A stretch of DNA of 64,000 nt, taken from NCBI RefSeq assembly GCF_009914755.1, contig NC_060938.1; one strand, written 5' to 3'. The notes under the pieces are model-generated. The model searched no databases. It worked only from the letters and a program-made list of their open reading frames with translations, and was not told where the DNA came from. Shown here one piece after another: positions 44,098-59,240 of the stretch (positions are counted from its first letter, which is position 1; each line of letters starts with the position of its first letter). This DNA is from the human T2T-CHM13v2.0 reference genome, Homo sapiens. The translations under genes were made by a program, and so were the position numbers.

Positions 44098-45895
44098 AAA
44101 TGTGGCACATGTACACCATGGAATACTATGCAGCCACAAAAAGGGATGAGTTCATGTCCTTTGCAGGAACATGGATGAAGCTGGAAACCATCATTCTGAG
44201 CAAGCTATCATAAGGACAGAAAACCAAACACTGCATGTTCTCACTCATAGGTGGGAATTGAACAATGAAAACACTTGGACAGGGCGGGGAACATCACTCA
44301 CAGGGGCCTGTCCTAGCGTGGAGGCTAGGGGAGGGATAGCATTAGGAGAAGTACCTAATGTAAATGACGAGTTAATGGGTGCAGCAAACCAACATGGCAC
44401 ATGTATACCTATGTAACAAACCTGCACGTTGTGCACATGTGCCCTAGAACTTAAAGTACAATAATAAAAAAATTAAGCTGCCAGAATATGCTAGTGTGAT
44501 TTTTCTGATCAATGTGGTACATTTATTTCTATTTTATACAACAGAACATAACAATACTACTTTGATTGTAGAAAATCTTCACTGTTATCACCTTGCTGAC
44601 ATGACACATTTTTGAACAACTAAGATGTGCAGAAGGTTAAGACTTATTCAGAATCACAACTCTCAGTATTAATGCCTCATTTGATCCTGGGGTAGAACAT
44701 GGGCATTGACAATAGTGTTTCCATTTTTCTTGCTTTGCTTCTATGAGTGCTGAGTGTGTTCTGGATACTCAAATGACTTTTCATTTAAATTGAATGGAGA
44801 AAGATTGAGGGGTTCTAGAATTAAAAACAACTTAAACTACATAGAAATATCAAGGATATTTTAATTATATGGTCACCTGGAGGCTGGGAAAAAGTGTAGG
44901 ATGATGCAGACACCTCTCCATCTTAACAATAATCCTACCTTATTTCATTTGTGGGTCAACAGTGGATTGACTGACCTGAGATCATTTTCCCTCAACTGCA
45001 AAAATATACAGTTTATAAAAACCAGGTCTTGAGAAAATAGAGCTTAATATCAATAAGGCTGTAAAGAAAAAATTCCTAGAAAACATCAGAGCCCAACAAT
45101 GTGCTGGGATTGTATGTCACGTGGCTAGTACCAGTTGCTGTCGTTAATGTTGGAGTACATGGAAAGGATAATACTTGGGGGGATGGGGCCTTATAAAGTT
45201 TAGTAGCTTTGCTTGTCTTGGAAAATGTTGTTTTTGGTTGTTGTTGTTTTGGTTTGGTTTGGTTTATTTGGGTTTTTTTTTTTTTTTTTTTTTGGAGACG
45301 GAGTCTTGCTCTTGTCCCCCCCAGGCTGGAGGGCAATGGTGCAGTCTGGGCTCACTGCAACTTCTGCCTCCCAGGTTCAAGCAATTCTTCTGCCTCAGCC
45401 TTCTGAGTAGCTGGGATTATAGGTGCCTGCCACCACGCCTGGCTAATTTTTGAACTTTCAGTAGACACGGGGTTTCACCATGTTGGCCAGGCTAGTCTCG
45501 AACTACTGACCGCAGGTGATCCACCTGCCTCGGCCTCCCAAAGTGCTGGGATTTCAGGCATGAGAAAATGTTGGTAACACACATGCAAGAAATTTTAATA
45601 TTCTATAGATGGCTTGCCTCTGCTGTTGTTATTTACACCTGTATTCCACTGTTTAATCTTCTCATTCCAATTTTACTTGTGAAAATAGCAATAATTATAT
45701 TCATTCTAAATTCTCAGGCTATTATGAGGGTAAACAAAAATTTTCACAACTGCATTTAAGATCTTTGATAAAACAAAATGAGCCAAAAATCTAAGGCATT
45801 CCTATTTTTAAAGAAAACAACAAGGGAGCATCATACATCTGTGTAGGTAATAGTTGGTTTTAAAATGTCGTTTCTGGCCAGGTGTGGTGACTCTA

Positions 45896-46012
<117 letters not shown>

Positions 46013-48270
46013 TTAGCTGGGCTTGGTGGCATGCACCTACTCAGGAGGCTGAGGCAGGAGGATTGCTTGAGCCTGGGAGTTGAAGGCTGCAGTGAGCTGT
46101 GATTCTGCCACCCTACTCCAGCCCGGGTGAAAGAGTGAGACCCTGTCTCAAAATGAAGGAATGAATGAATAAAACAAATAAAAATAAATTATCGTTTATA
46201 ATACAGCCAAAGAGACCATCTGCTAGCTCATTCGGCCACTTCCTAGGATCAGACAGGAGATTAGTGTAAACATGCATATGCACTGATTGGGGAAAGCCCT
46301 TCTCAGGACTTTCACTCAATTCAGGGTTGCTGCTGTTGTTTGTTCTCAATATGTTTTTAAACAGTAAATAAGTTAGCATGGATAAAAACCACTATATTAA
46401 CCAAAATACATGTCTGAAATTAATCTAAATGTTCTTCAGTATACTCAAGAAGATGCTTTGACCCATGGGTCTCAAATACTAAACTCGAATTGCTTCAGAA
46501 GAAGCATAAAGTCATTAAAAATTTCAGAGAGCATTATGTGTATGTCTATGTGTGTACATGCATAGACATATACATAATTTCTTCTAAAGATTACTATCAA
46601 TTTTGGTTTCAAACTTATTGAATCAACATGATGATATCATTAATAGTTACATTATTTATGTATTTACAGAATGAAATGCCAAGAGGCATATGTATTTTCC
46701 CTCCCTCACCTTCCAATTTTCTCATGCAACAAGTTGGCAAGCCTAGTGGTTTATGAGGAAATCTGTTAGAGAGTAAGTAGTGGACACACTGTCTTATGAT
46801 AACATTTGCTCTTTCTTTCTCCAGTCTAAATTATATAGTTCACTTGATTGTTGTAGTTACAAAGTTGTATTTGTTCACGTGTCTGTCTCCCCATTGGACA
46901 GTGAGTCCAGGAGAGCAGGGATTATGATTTTTATCTCTGTGTCTAATCACTTTTCTGCCCCCAGGAGCCAGCTACCTTATTCAGTAAATGGATGCTCTTC
47001 CACATGGTAATCTTGATTGGCCAATTTCTGTACTATATAAGGTTTTGGGAAGCAGAGATGGACAATGATAAGAGAGAGTAGAAGAAAGGAAGATGAGGTT
47101 ATAGGGAGAATGTGGGAAAGGAAAGAAGGGGATATCTTCATAGAGCAGGAAGCAAAATTGGAAGTCAAAGTGTCCAGTGGCAGTGGTGAAAAGTGTTGAC
47201 CAACCTCGATTTGGTGAAGGTGGCGTCACATCAATTTAAACTTTTCATGGGGAAGCAGGGTATTTCTCAACCTAATGCTTATGGAGAATTGGCCTCTGTA
47301 TTTCCCTCCAGACTTTCGCGGACTACTCAGCCTAGCCCAAACATGAGCCAGATGCCGAATGGACTGCCAATGTGAAAATTATTCGATTTGATTAAGAAAC
47401 AATTTAATCTTATTCTGGCTTGTATTTAAAGCCTGCTAATATCAAAGTACACAGAATTTTCATTTTTATATCAGCAACTTAGATGCCATTTAGAAGCTGT
47501 GCCACCCTGAAATTAAAAGCACAAGTGCTAGAGTCAGCTTTCACCATTCCCCTAGAAGAGATCAGCTTTTTTGGTGTTAACAATGTGTTCTATAGCAGGA
47601 AGGCAAGACTACTGTCCAAGATCTGACCTCCTTTCCTATCTCCTGGAGGGCTGTGATGAGGGCCACTGCTACTGGCTGTGAGGGTCTCCATTTCCCTGCC
47701 CATCAACCCTGTACCCTCAGTGCACACACCACCTTTCCTTTCTTACATTGCAGACTAGCTGTGTCTTCTGGTGGCCACATAGCTTCAGAAGTGTGGTTTT
47801 TAGTAGGTACAGATCTACTAGGACCTTTCATTCAGTTAAAGCTTCTAGGAACTGAAAGACAACAGGAGGCGAGGAGAGCAGGAGAAAGAGGAAGCATGGA
47901 GTATTAGAAGATAAACGATCCTCATTTCAAATGAAGACTGCTTAATGAAAAATCTCCTTAAGGCACTATTTCCCAAACTTGCCTGTTCATCAGTGTGAAT
48001 TACACAGGGCCCCTGGGAAAAATTCAGACTCCTGGCTGCCATTTTAGAACCACTAAATAGATCTGCAGAGGTAAGAGTCTGGATAATCTGTATTTTCAAC
48101 ATGCCCTGGAAATTCCAACAGTCAGGCAAATTAGGGAATCACTAATTTAAAAGAAGTCCACTCCATCAACTTAAGTTGTTAAGATTTGAATAGATCAGGA
48201 TTAGCTCTCAAAAATGCATTGCTTCTTGAAGTAAACATTTCAACAGAATTAAATTTTGAAAGAATTAAAT

Positions 48271-48900
48271 CCCCTAATGCTATCCCTTCCCTAGCTCCCC
48301 ACAGGCCCCAATGTGTGATGTTCCCCTCCATGTGTCCATGTGTTTTCATTGTTCATCTCCCACTTATGAGTGAGAACATGTGGTGTTTGGTTTTCTGTTC
48401 CTGTGTTAGTTTGCTGAGGATGATGGCTTCCAGCTTCATCCGTGTCCCTGCAAAGGACATGAACTCATCCTTTTTTATGGCTGAGAGTATTCCATGGAGT
48501 ATATGTGCCACTTTTTTTATCCAGTCTATCAGTGACGGGCATTTGGGTTGGTTCCAAGTCTTTGCTATTGGGAACGGTGCTGCAATAAGCATGTGTGTGC
48601 ATGTCTTTATAGTACAGTGATTTATAATCTTTGGGCATATACCCAGAAAGGGGATTGTGAGGTCAATTGGTATTTCTGGTTCTAGATCCTGGAGGAATAG
48701 CCACACTGTCTTCCCCAATGGTTTTACTAATTTACACTCCCACCAACAGTGTAAAAGTGTTCCTCTTTTTCCACATCATCTCCAGCACCTAATGTAGATG
48801 AGAGGTTGATGGGTGCAGCAAACTACCATGTCATGTGTATACCTATGTAACAAACCTGCACGTTCTCCACATGTATCCCAGAACTTAAAGTATAATAATA
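48271..48900 (+). mobile_element. L1PA 3' end with 5' inversion (inverted ~48271-48790, sense ~48787-48900)
   Basis: Antisense L1 3' sequence flips to sense cctaatgtagatgagaggttgatggg...aaagtataataata. The 4 nt acct are shared at the junction. Confidence 0.85.
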
Positions 48901-51571
48901 ATCACAATTAAAAAGATAGAAAATTTAAAATTTTAATTTAAATTGGGCTTTAGTTACTTGCAAAATACATTGTATTTCCAAACAATGTGCAAAACAAAGA
49001 GTTATTGTATGCATTATCAATAAAGTTATATCACTTCTCATAAAAATAACATTAAAGAAAAATAATTAAATCCATTTTAGGACAATTAAAAAATGTATCT
49101 GTCAATTTTAACTGAAAATTCTCTTACATTTATACATCCCACATTCTAATAAGGACTAATTGACACTTAATTATGAGCAGTAAAGAAATATGTGTTTGCA
49201 TGTCTGTATACTTACAGATCTGTTCCAATGGAAATATCTATTTGGAGTCAGAAAATCTGTTTGGTCCCAGTTCTCACTAAAAACATGATCTCATTAAAAA
49301 TACTTAAACACAATAAACTTTACTTTCTCATTTATTAAAAAAAATTAAATCCCTGGCACTAGAAATGTAAAACATGGCAAGTATGCATGTTCTAATCTGG
49401 AGTTAATTTGGTATGTGTAATCCCATAAGCAAAGCAGTAGCCATGTCCTATTGTTTTTTTTTTCTTTCCCAATACACATGCTAATCTACTGCCTCCCCCA
49501 GCCCCTGGCCATATTAATATTACTGAAGCCCACTTTCATCAGTGTCTTTCCACGATAAAAACAAATGAACAAGCAACCAAAAACTACACAAAACCACATG
49601 CACACACATGGCCCTCCTTCAATGGATCTCCACTGCCTAGAGAATTAAATCCAATTCCTCTGCATGGTATGCAAAATCTCCACAGTACGGCCCAACCTGC
49701 CTCTCCAGCTTGATCTCTAACTGCTTCCCTACACATAACACATGTGCTGCCAAGAGGGACTTCTGGCTGTGTCCCAAACACACCTGGGTTTCCCAGCTCC
49801 AGTTGCCCTGCCTGGTGTCTGTGCACATCTCACCTATCCACACTCCTCCCACTCTTCCAAGTCACCTCATATGCCTCTCTCCACTCCACCAGACTTAATA
49901 TGTACTGTTTCCCCATCACCCCACGTGTATAATTCTGCCCTGTTCTATTTGTCTGGGACGTGAGCTCCTTGGGAACAGTCTATATCTTAAGAAAGCACCT
50001 TTTAATCTCTAACACTGCCGAGTATGTGAGTAGACTGGAAAGACCATGAGCTTCAGAATCAAGTGGCCATGGATACCTTTCTTGAAAGGTAAAGAAAGTC
50101 TTGAGAGACTTTCAAGGAGTTACTTAGCCTTCCTGAGCTTTTTGCTCCTTAATTAGTATAGCAGTGATAATAAATCAACCCTACAATATTAAGTTATGGA
50201 AATAAATGTCTGTGAAAGCATCTCACTCACAGTGATTGCTCAATAATGACTCATCTCCTCCCTTCCCTTCTTAATTCAGATTTATTAACATATGTTCAAT
50301 AAAGCAATAGGTATTTGTGATTCCATTTTTCTAGTTCCTAATTCTAGTTATTTCAGGTTTTTATACAGGCGCAGAAGCCCTTTTCCTCTACACTGGTTCC
50401 CCTAAGAGGAGTTACCTTGACCTAAAACATAAGAAAAGCACCAACCGTAAAACTCTGCCTTTCTTAGTCAGTTATGTGCATTTTAAAAAATAAACTTTCT
50501 ACTTAAGCTGTTATTCTGGAAAACCAGAATTTCACTGGCAATCCCTGATCCATTTATGCCCCTAAATTTCCAAGGTAAATACAGCAAATAGGCAGAAGCT
50601 GGTAATATGAAGATAGAGATGAGTCAGGATGGGAACTGGTGGCTGGGATGAGGGCCAGAAGAAAACTACAGGTATAAGAGCCAGGAAAATTAGTTGCTTA
50701 ACACTGATTAATGGCCATGCTTGTCCTACTCATTACAAACATTAACTTCTCATTTAAGTTATTTTAAAATATTTTTATGCTGACATGCTAAAGTTTTTGT
50801 GCTAACAAAATCAAATTTCATCTTTCTGGAATATTTCAGAGCCAAGGTAATCTAAAATTTTTAGATAGGGGCTAAAGAAAGGGAGCTCAGGCCCGACAGT
50901 CTCAGGATATAGGCCGAATAGAAAATGGAGGGAGCTGAACGAAGAGAGACGTTAGGCTTGCAAAGGTAGGGACCAGGATGTAAGCATGAGGTTCAAGTTC
51001 ACAGTCCCATTCACTTTATTAACAGCACTGAGCAGTATCACTGCTGCCCAAGCCATCAGAAAGGTCCTGGCCAAAAATGCAAATCCTTCTTTATCTTCCA
51101 GAACTGGAATTCCCATTCAACAGATTTTCTGGAAAAATAAAGTTTCCTTTTACATTGTCATGGCTATTTTTTTGAGATCACAATGCCCAGAGTACAGCTT
51201 CTAGATTATCTTGATGTCTAACTCCTGATTCCTTAAGAACAGCTGAAATACTAAGAGCAAATGACAGCTGCTAGACCCCTTGAAGTTACTGTTTAAAAAA
51301 AAAACTGTTCCCTAGGTATTTCTCTGTTTCACTGAAAGAAAAACAAACTCCCAGGGGAAACAGAAACCTAAAAACCTTTGAAAATAATTCTTTTTTAACA
51401 CAGGCCAATTACTAAATAGAGAACTCATCAAAAGTATTTTCTTAAAGCAAAAAACTAAACCTGCATTTAGGTAAATTAATGTTTATTCATAACGATTTTT
51501 AATGTTATTTGTTATTCTAAAACTTGCAAAAATTCCATCTGTTATAGGAGTTATTGAAATAGTCATAGATG

Positions 51572-54500
51572 GGTGTATGTGCGGGGGAGAAGATGGCGGC
51601 GGCGGGGGAGGCAGCGTGAGCAGCCGGAGGAGCGCCGAGTCCCATTGAAACCGGCAGCCATGGCCCTCCACAGCCCGCAGTATATTTTTGGAGATTTTAG
51701 CCCTGATGAATTCAATCAGTTCTTTGTGACTCCTCGATCTTCAGTTGAGCTTCCTCCATGCAGTGGAACAGTTCTGTGTGGCACACAAGCTGGGGATAAA
51801 CTACCTGATGGACAAGAATATCGGAGAATTGAGTTTGGTGTCAATGAAGTCATTGAACCCAGTGACACTTTGCTGAGAACCCCCAGCTACAGTATTTCAA
51901 GCACACTGAACCCTCAGGCCCCCGAATTTATTCTCGGTTGTACAGCTTCCAAAAGAACCCCTGATGGTATCACTAAAGAAGCAAGCTACGGCTCCATCGA
52001 CCAGTACCCAGGCTGTGCCCTCGCTTTGGATGGAAGTTCTAATGTGGAGGCGGAAGTTTTGGAAAATGATGGTGTCTCAGGTGGTCTTGGACAAAGGGAG
52101 CGTAAAAAGAAGAAAAAGCAGCCACCTGGATATTACAGCTGTTTGAAAGATGGTGGCGATGATAGTATTTCCGCAGAAGCCCTGGTCAATGGCCATGCCA
52201 ACTCAGCAGTCCCGAACAGTGTCAGTGCAGAGGATGCAGAATTTATGGGTGACATGCCCCCGTCAGTTACGCCCAGGACTTTTGACAGCCCCCAGAACTC
52301 CACGGACTCTGTCAGTGACACTGTGCCTGACAGTCCTTTCCCCAGAGCACTTGGCAGTGACACCGGGACTGCAGGGCAGCAGGAGGGGGGTCCCGGGGTT
52401 GATTTTGGTCAGTCCTGCTTCCCTGCAGGGGCTGGCAGCCACACCCTGTCAAGGACAGCTGGGGCTCAGCCCTGCGTTGGTACCGATACTACTGAAAACC
52501 TTGGAGTTGCTAATGGACAAATACTCGAATCCTCGGGTGAGGGCACAGCTACCAACGGGGTGGAGTTGCACACCACGGAAAGCATAGACTTGGACCCAGC
52601 CAAACCCGAGAGTCCATCACCTCCTGCTGACGGCACGGGCTCTGCATCAGGCACCCTTCCTGTCAGCCAGCCCAGGTCCTGGGCCAGTCTCTTTCACGAT
52701 TCTAAGCCCTCTTCCTCCTGGCCGGTGGCCTATGTGGAAACTAAGTATTCCCCTCCCGCCATATCTCCCCTGGTTTCTGAAAAGCAGGTTGAAGTCAAAG
52801 AAGGGCTTGTTCCAGTTTCAGGGGATCCTGTAGCCAGGCATTGGTTGCTTTCCCGCCGATGTACCACCTGATGAAGTTCATTCCTCTGTATTCCAAAGTG
52901 CAAAGGCCCTGTACGTCAACACCCAAGATAGACAGCTTTGTTTGGCTAATGAATGAGTTTACTAATATGCCAGTACCTCCAAAACCCAGACAAGCTCTTG
53001 GAGATGAAATCGTGAGGGATATTCACCCTGGAGTTGCCTTTGAGCCCACGTGTATTTAGACTCCTGACAGTTAACAAGTCAAGCCTGTCTGAAAAGGATC
53101 GACAAGAAGATGCTGAGGAATACTTAGGCTTCATTCTAAATGGACTTCATGAGGAAATGTTGAACCTAAAGAAGCTTCTCTCACCAAATAATGAAAAACG
53201 TGCGATTTCCAATGGCCCCAAAAACCAGTCAATGAAGAAGAGCAAGAAAAACAAGGTGAAGGAAGCGAGGATGAATGGGAACAAGTGGGCCCCCGGAACA
53301 AGACTTCCGTCACCTGCCAGGCGGATTTTGTTCAGACTCCAATCACCGCATTTTTGGTGGCCACATCAGGTCTGTGGTTTACCAGCAGAGTGCAAAAGAA
53401 TCTGCCACTTTGCAGCCATTTTTCACGTTGCAGTTGGATATCCAGTCTGACAAAATACGCACAGTCCAGGATGCACTGGAGAGCTTGGTGGCAAGAGAAT
53501 CTGTCCAAGGTTATACCACAAAAACCGAACAAGAAGTTGAGATAAGTCGAAGAGTGACTCTGGAAAAACTCCCTCCTCTCCTCGTGCTGCACCTGAAACG
53601 ATTCGTTTATGAGAAGACTGGTGGTGTCAGAAGCTTATCAAAAATACTGAATATCCTGTGGACTTGGAAATTAGTAAAGAACTGCTTTCTCCAGGGGTTA
53701 AAAATAAGAATTTTAAATGCCACAGAACCTATCGGCTCTTTGCAGTGGTCTACCATCACGGCAACAGTGCGACGGGTGGCCATTACACTAGAGACGTCTT
53801 CCAGATCGGTCTGAATGGCTGGCTGCGCATCGATGACCAGACAGTCAAGGTGATCAACCAGTACCAGGTGGTGAAACCAACTGCTGAACGCACAGCCCAT
53901 CTGCTGTATTACTGCCGAGTGGACCTGCTGTAAACCCTGTGTGCGCTGTGTGTGAGCCCAGTGTCCGCTTTGTAGGACACCACCTCACACTCACTTCCCG
54001 CCTCTCTTTATTGGCTCTTTAGAGAGAAACTCTTTCTCCCTTTGCAAAAATGGGCTAGAATGAAAAGGGGATGCCTTGGGGTTCATGCACAACATAGCTT
54101 CTGTTGACTCTAACTTTGAAATCAAAATCATTTGGTTGAAACAGACTGTCGCTTGATTTTAAAAAATCCACAAAAACCCATATTTCTGAAATAATGCTGA
54201 TTCCTGAGATAAGAAAGTGGATTTGATCCCCAGTCTCATTGCTTAGTAGAATAAATCCTGCACCAGCAACACTTGTAAATTTGTGAAAATGAATTTTATC
54301 TTTCCTTAAAAAAGAAATGTTTTAATCCATCACATTTTTCTTCCCTACCCTTTAGTTTTTGATAAATGATAAAAATGAGCCAGTTATCAAAGAAGAACTA
54401 GTTCTTACTTCAAAAGAAAAATAAACATAAAAAATAAGTTGCCGGTTCCTAACAGGAAAAAAATTAGTAATTGTGCTGAGGGAAACTGCTTACATAGACA

Positions 54501-54776
54501 TTGCAGATCAAATATTTGGAGTTAAAATGTTAGTCTACATAGATGGATGATTGTAACTTTACTGCCATTAAAAAGATTTCAGATTGCATTCATGCTTCTG
54601 TGTACACATAATGAAAAATGGACAAATAATGAAGATCTCTCCTTCAGTCTGCTCTGTTTAATTCTGCTGTCTGCTCTTCTCTAATGCTGCATCCCTAATT
54701 GTACACAGTTTAGTGATATCTAGGAGTATAAAGTTGTCACCCATCAATAAAAATCACAAAGCTGGTTTAAAAAAAA
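51572..54776 (+). pseudogene. USP10: USP10 processed pseudogene (ATG 51660, parent stop 53931-53933)
   Basis: [22 protein letters not shown]... through ...[11 protein letters not shown]. Intronless, AATAAA at 54746, short poly(A). 16-bp TSD gaaatagtcatagatg at 51556-51571 and 54777-54792. Confidence 0.97.
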
Positions 54777-57316
54777 GAAATAGTCATAGATGATGGCATA
54801 GGTGGAGAGGGGTTGCTGGGCTTTATTTAAAGGGCTATTCAAAGCTTCACATATAGGTTTCATTCAAACTTTAAGAAGAAAAAAATGAACAATCAGAAAT
54901 GGGTAAGATGTGGGGATATAAATAGATATTTTGCACATAAGACTTCTGCATCCCCAAATATTAGCTTGTTGTGGAATTCTGTCATCTATTCTTGTTTCAG
55001 TCAAAACAAGCAAAAAAAAAAAAACAGTCAGAACAGTATGAACAACAATCATCTAGTTCCACCAAAAACTTTTCACTCAGCAAGCAAGCATTGAGTCCCT
55101 AGCTGAAGATGCAAAGAGGAGCAAGAAATATTCTCTTCCATTGAGACGGTCATTGTCTAAAGGAAAATGTAGATAAGCAACCAGACATTCAGAATGACCT
55201 GTGTTACAAGCAATAATAAAGCTGAGCGCTGGGTACTATGGGGCACTTGGGAAGGCTGCCTAAGCCAGAGAGCTTCACAGGGAGCCTTGATGTCTGAGTA
55301 AGAATTAACCAGGTGAAGCAGAAGGGGAAATAGGCTCTAGGAACAGAGAGCTTTGAGCGCAAAGGCAGGCAGAGTGTGAGGAGAGGAGGCCTTACTTCCT
55401 TGTGACTGCAGCATGAAGGTAAGGGGAGGGCTGAGAGAAATGAGGCTCCACAGGTGCTCCTGGATGTCCTAATTAATTTTGAATTAACAAATCATAAGTA
55501 TGACTTTTTCTCTGTTTTTTTTTAAAAAAACTTTGTTCCTTAATTGCATGCAAAATGTATCTGTTGAGATAAAATAATTTCATACCTATTTCTAATTAGT
55601 TGCTCAAATAATTGTTATCCTTGGAGAGCAGTAAATGACAGATGAACATTAAAAATTTTGTAAAAATGTCAATTGCAGTTTGTTCATATATCACGTAGCA
55701 ATTACCAGCCTTGTCTGGCTGACATATACCTGAGGGAGTGTGGAAAGTGCCGAATGCCTGAAGATAAATCAACTCTTCCTCTGGGAGGTGAGTTTATTCT
55801 TCTTTGAAACCCATGGGTATTTAGTGTCTGGAGATGGTGGTATGGAGTACATAGAGAAGCCCTTCATTAGGAGTGAACTCTTACTTATTGTCTCTGATGA
55901 ACTCTCAGACTATTTTGCTGCCTCAAATTGCACTACGACCTGTCAGGCGTTAGAGAGATCAGCAGTGGAGACAGTCCCAGGAAACAGTCTGGAAACAAAA
56001 GGGTCTGCCCCTCTCCTGGGTACATCAAATATGGAAGCATCACATTTGCCAAGAGACAACACCATAAGAGGATAACTGACAGCAGTCAATTCTATCCTGA
56101 AAATGCTCTGAGGCTTTAAGCATAGTTTACTGCCTTGACATTGGGCCTCAGAGTACACCTGCCTTTTCTCCCACTATCCTGATAAATTCTGCACTCTAAA
56201 ATGTTTCTCTGTATCAATGTAGCAAACCTCCATTTATTAGCAACTTTAAGTAACCTCCAGGTCCTTTAGATGACTTTCATTCTTCTTTGTCCTGGACATT
56301 TTTATATGACAGACAAAAATATCTATTCTCAGAGCTGGAGGAGATAAAAATGTTTTCCCTGAAGGGAATGAACTCTTAATTAAGCTAAAAGTTTTTAAAG
56401 AGTATATATTAAATGTAAATACAGTATTATAGAAAATTATAATGTAATAAATTTACTGTGAAAGAGTCCATTTTTCTGGTATAATACTTTTTATGTAGAG
56501 TTTAAAAAAAAATTGAACAAAAAGCAAAGTAAACTTAGTGAAATGGAGCAGAATAAAGAAACAGAAAACAAACCTATCCTGAGACCCAAGCTGTGTCCTA
56601 GGATGAAAGTGGTTTCTGCTGGTTGGCAAGAAGAGAAGAATCCTAGACACTATTTCTCTTGCATAATAGGACAGTAAGGAAAGGGTGTCTCAGCCAAAGA
56701 AGTCAAGAGAACTTCTGCCAGATCTTGGAGCAATTCTTATTCTTCGTTAGTTCTTCTTTACTAATCATTTGATTAACTGATATTAAACACTCCCTAGCAC
56801 TGCAATAAGTGTTTTATATAACTTTATTCAACCTCACAACAATCAAATGGGCCCATTTTACAAATGAAGGACCTGGGGTTCAGAGAGGCCAAGGGACTTT
56901 CTCAAAGTCACACAGCTAGTTAGTTGTGGAGCTATGCCAAACTCATGTCGGAATCAAAAATGTTTCTTCTGAAATTTTATACTATTCATTGTACTTGCTT
57001 TATCTAGTGACAATGCTAAGTTCATTAAGAAGCGAGAAACCACTTCTTTGTATAGTATTCCCAAGTACCTCATGCAATCCTATACAATTTAGCAAAATGT
57101 TTCTTTAAGAATTTTCTATCCCCCTTCTCTTTCAGCAGTATATTCCCCACCAGGGGATGAAAGAGGTAACAGGGACAAGGTAGCTAAGGCTAGCACCGTT
57201 TCAAAGCATTTTGCTGCAAAACTGTTTCTCTTCATCGTCTCATTAATAGACAGCTACAAAGAATCAAAGAGAGCAACATTCTACTCACACCTTGATCCCT
57301 TTATTTGACCAATTAC

Positions 57317-57494
57317 TCAAGGGAATCGACGATTTTTTTTTTGGCTCCACAGGGCACGGATAAACAACTTCATCGATGTGCTTCAGGTTACCATTTGAAA
57401 AGGCAGTAGAGATATGTATAAAGGCTTCCAGCTTTGGCATCTGACTAGCCGTAAGAGCTTCTGGGTGGCAGTGATGTTAAGTTGCACAGCATGT
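57317..57494 (-). pseudogene. FAR2: FAR2 duplicated fragment, exon encoding HAVQLN...HISTA...DSL (frameshifted)
   Basis: ctgtag|A CAT GCT GTG CAA CTT AAC..., then in a shifted frame ASQMPKLEAFIHISTAFSNGNLKHIDEVVYPCPVEPKK. Donor gtaa. Confidence 0.9.
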
Positions 57495-57779
57495 CTACAG
57501 AAGATTAAGCAGAAGGAAATACAGTGAGATAAGTCAGCATCATGCCTTGCTATAACTGCACCTACTCCCATAACTGGCATACCTATCAGATTTTGGTGGC
57601 TGCACCAAAACACCAGGAAGAAAAGGATGGGGCACGGCTGCACAGTTATGTGATACTTGGAATGTCTTATGTATTGATGATGTGTTTGTGTACATAAACC
57701 CTATTCACTGATGCACTGTATGGCATATTTAGAGGTCACTTGGCTCTAATCAACTGGAAAAAGAATCACAATCCTCTGA

Positions 57780-59240
<1,461 letters not shown>

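Larger units (their letters stand above)
41644..44467 (+). mobile_element. L1PA with 5' inversion (twin priming), interrupted by the SSBP3 retrocopy
   Basis: Inverted piece 41644-42004; sense pieces 42008-42277 and 44094-44467. TSD aaaaattaagctgcca at 41632-41647 and 44468-44483. Confidence 0.9.
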
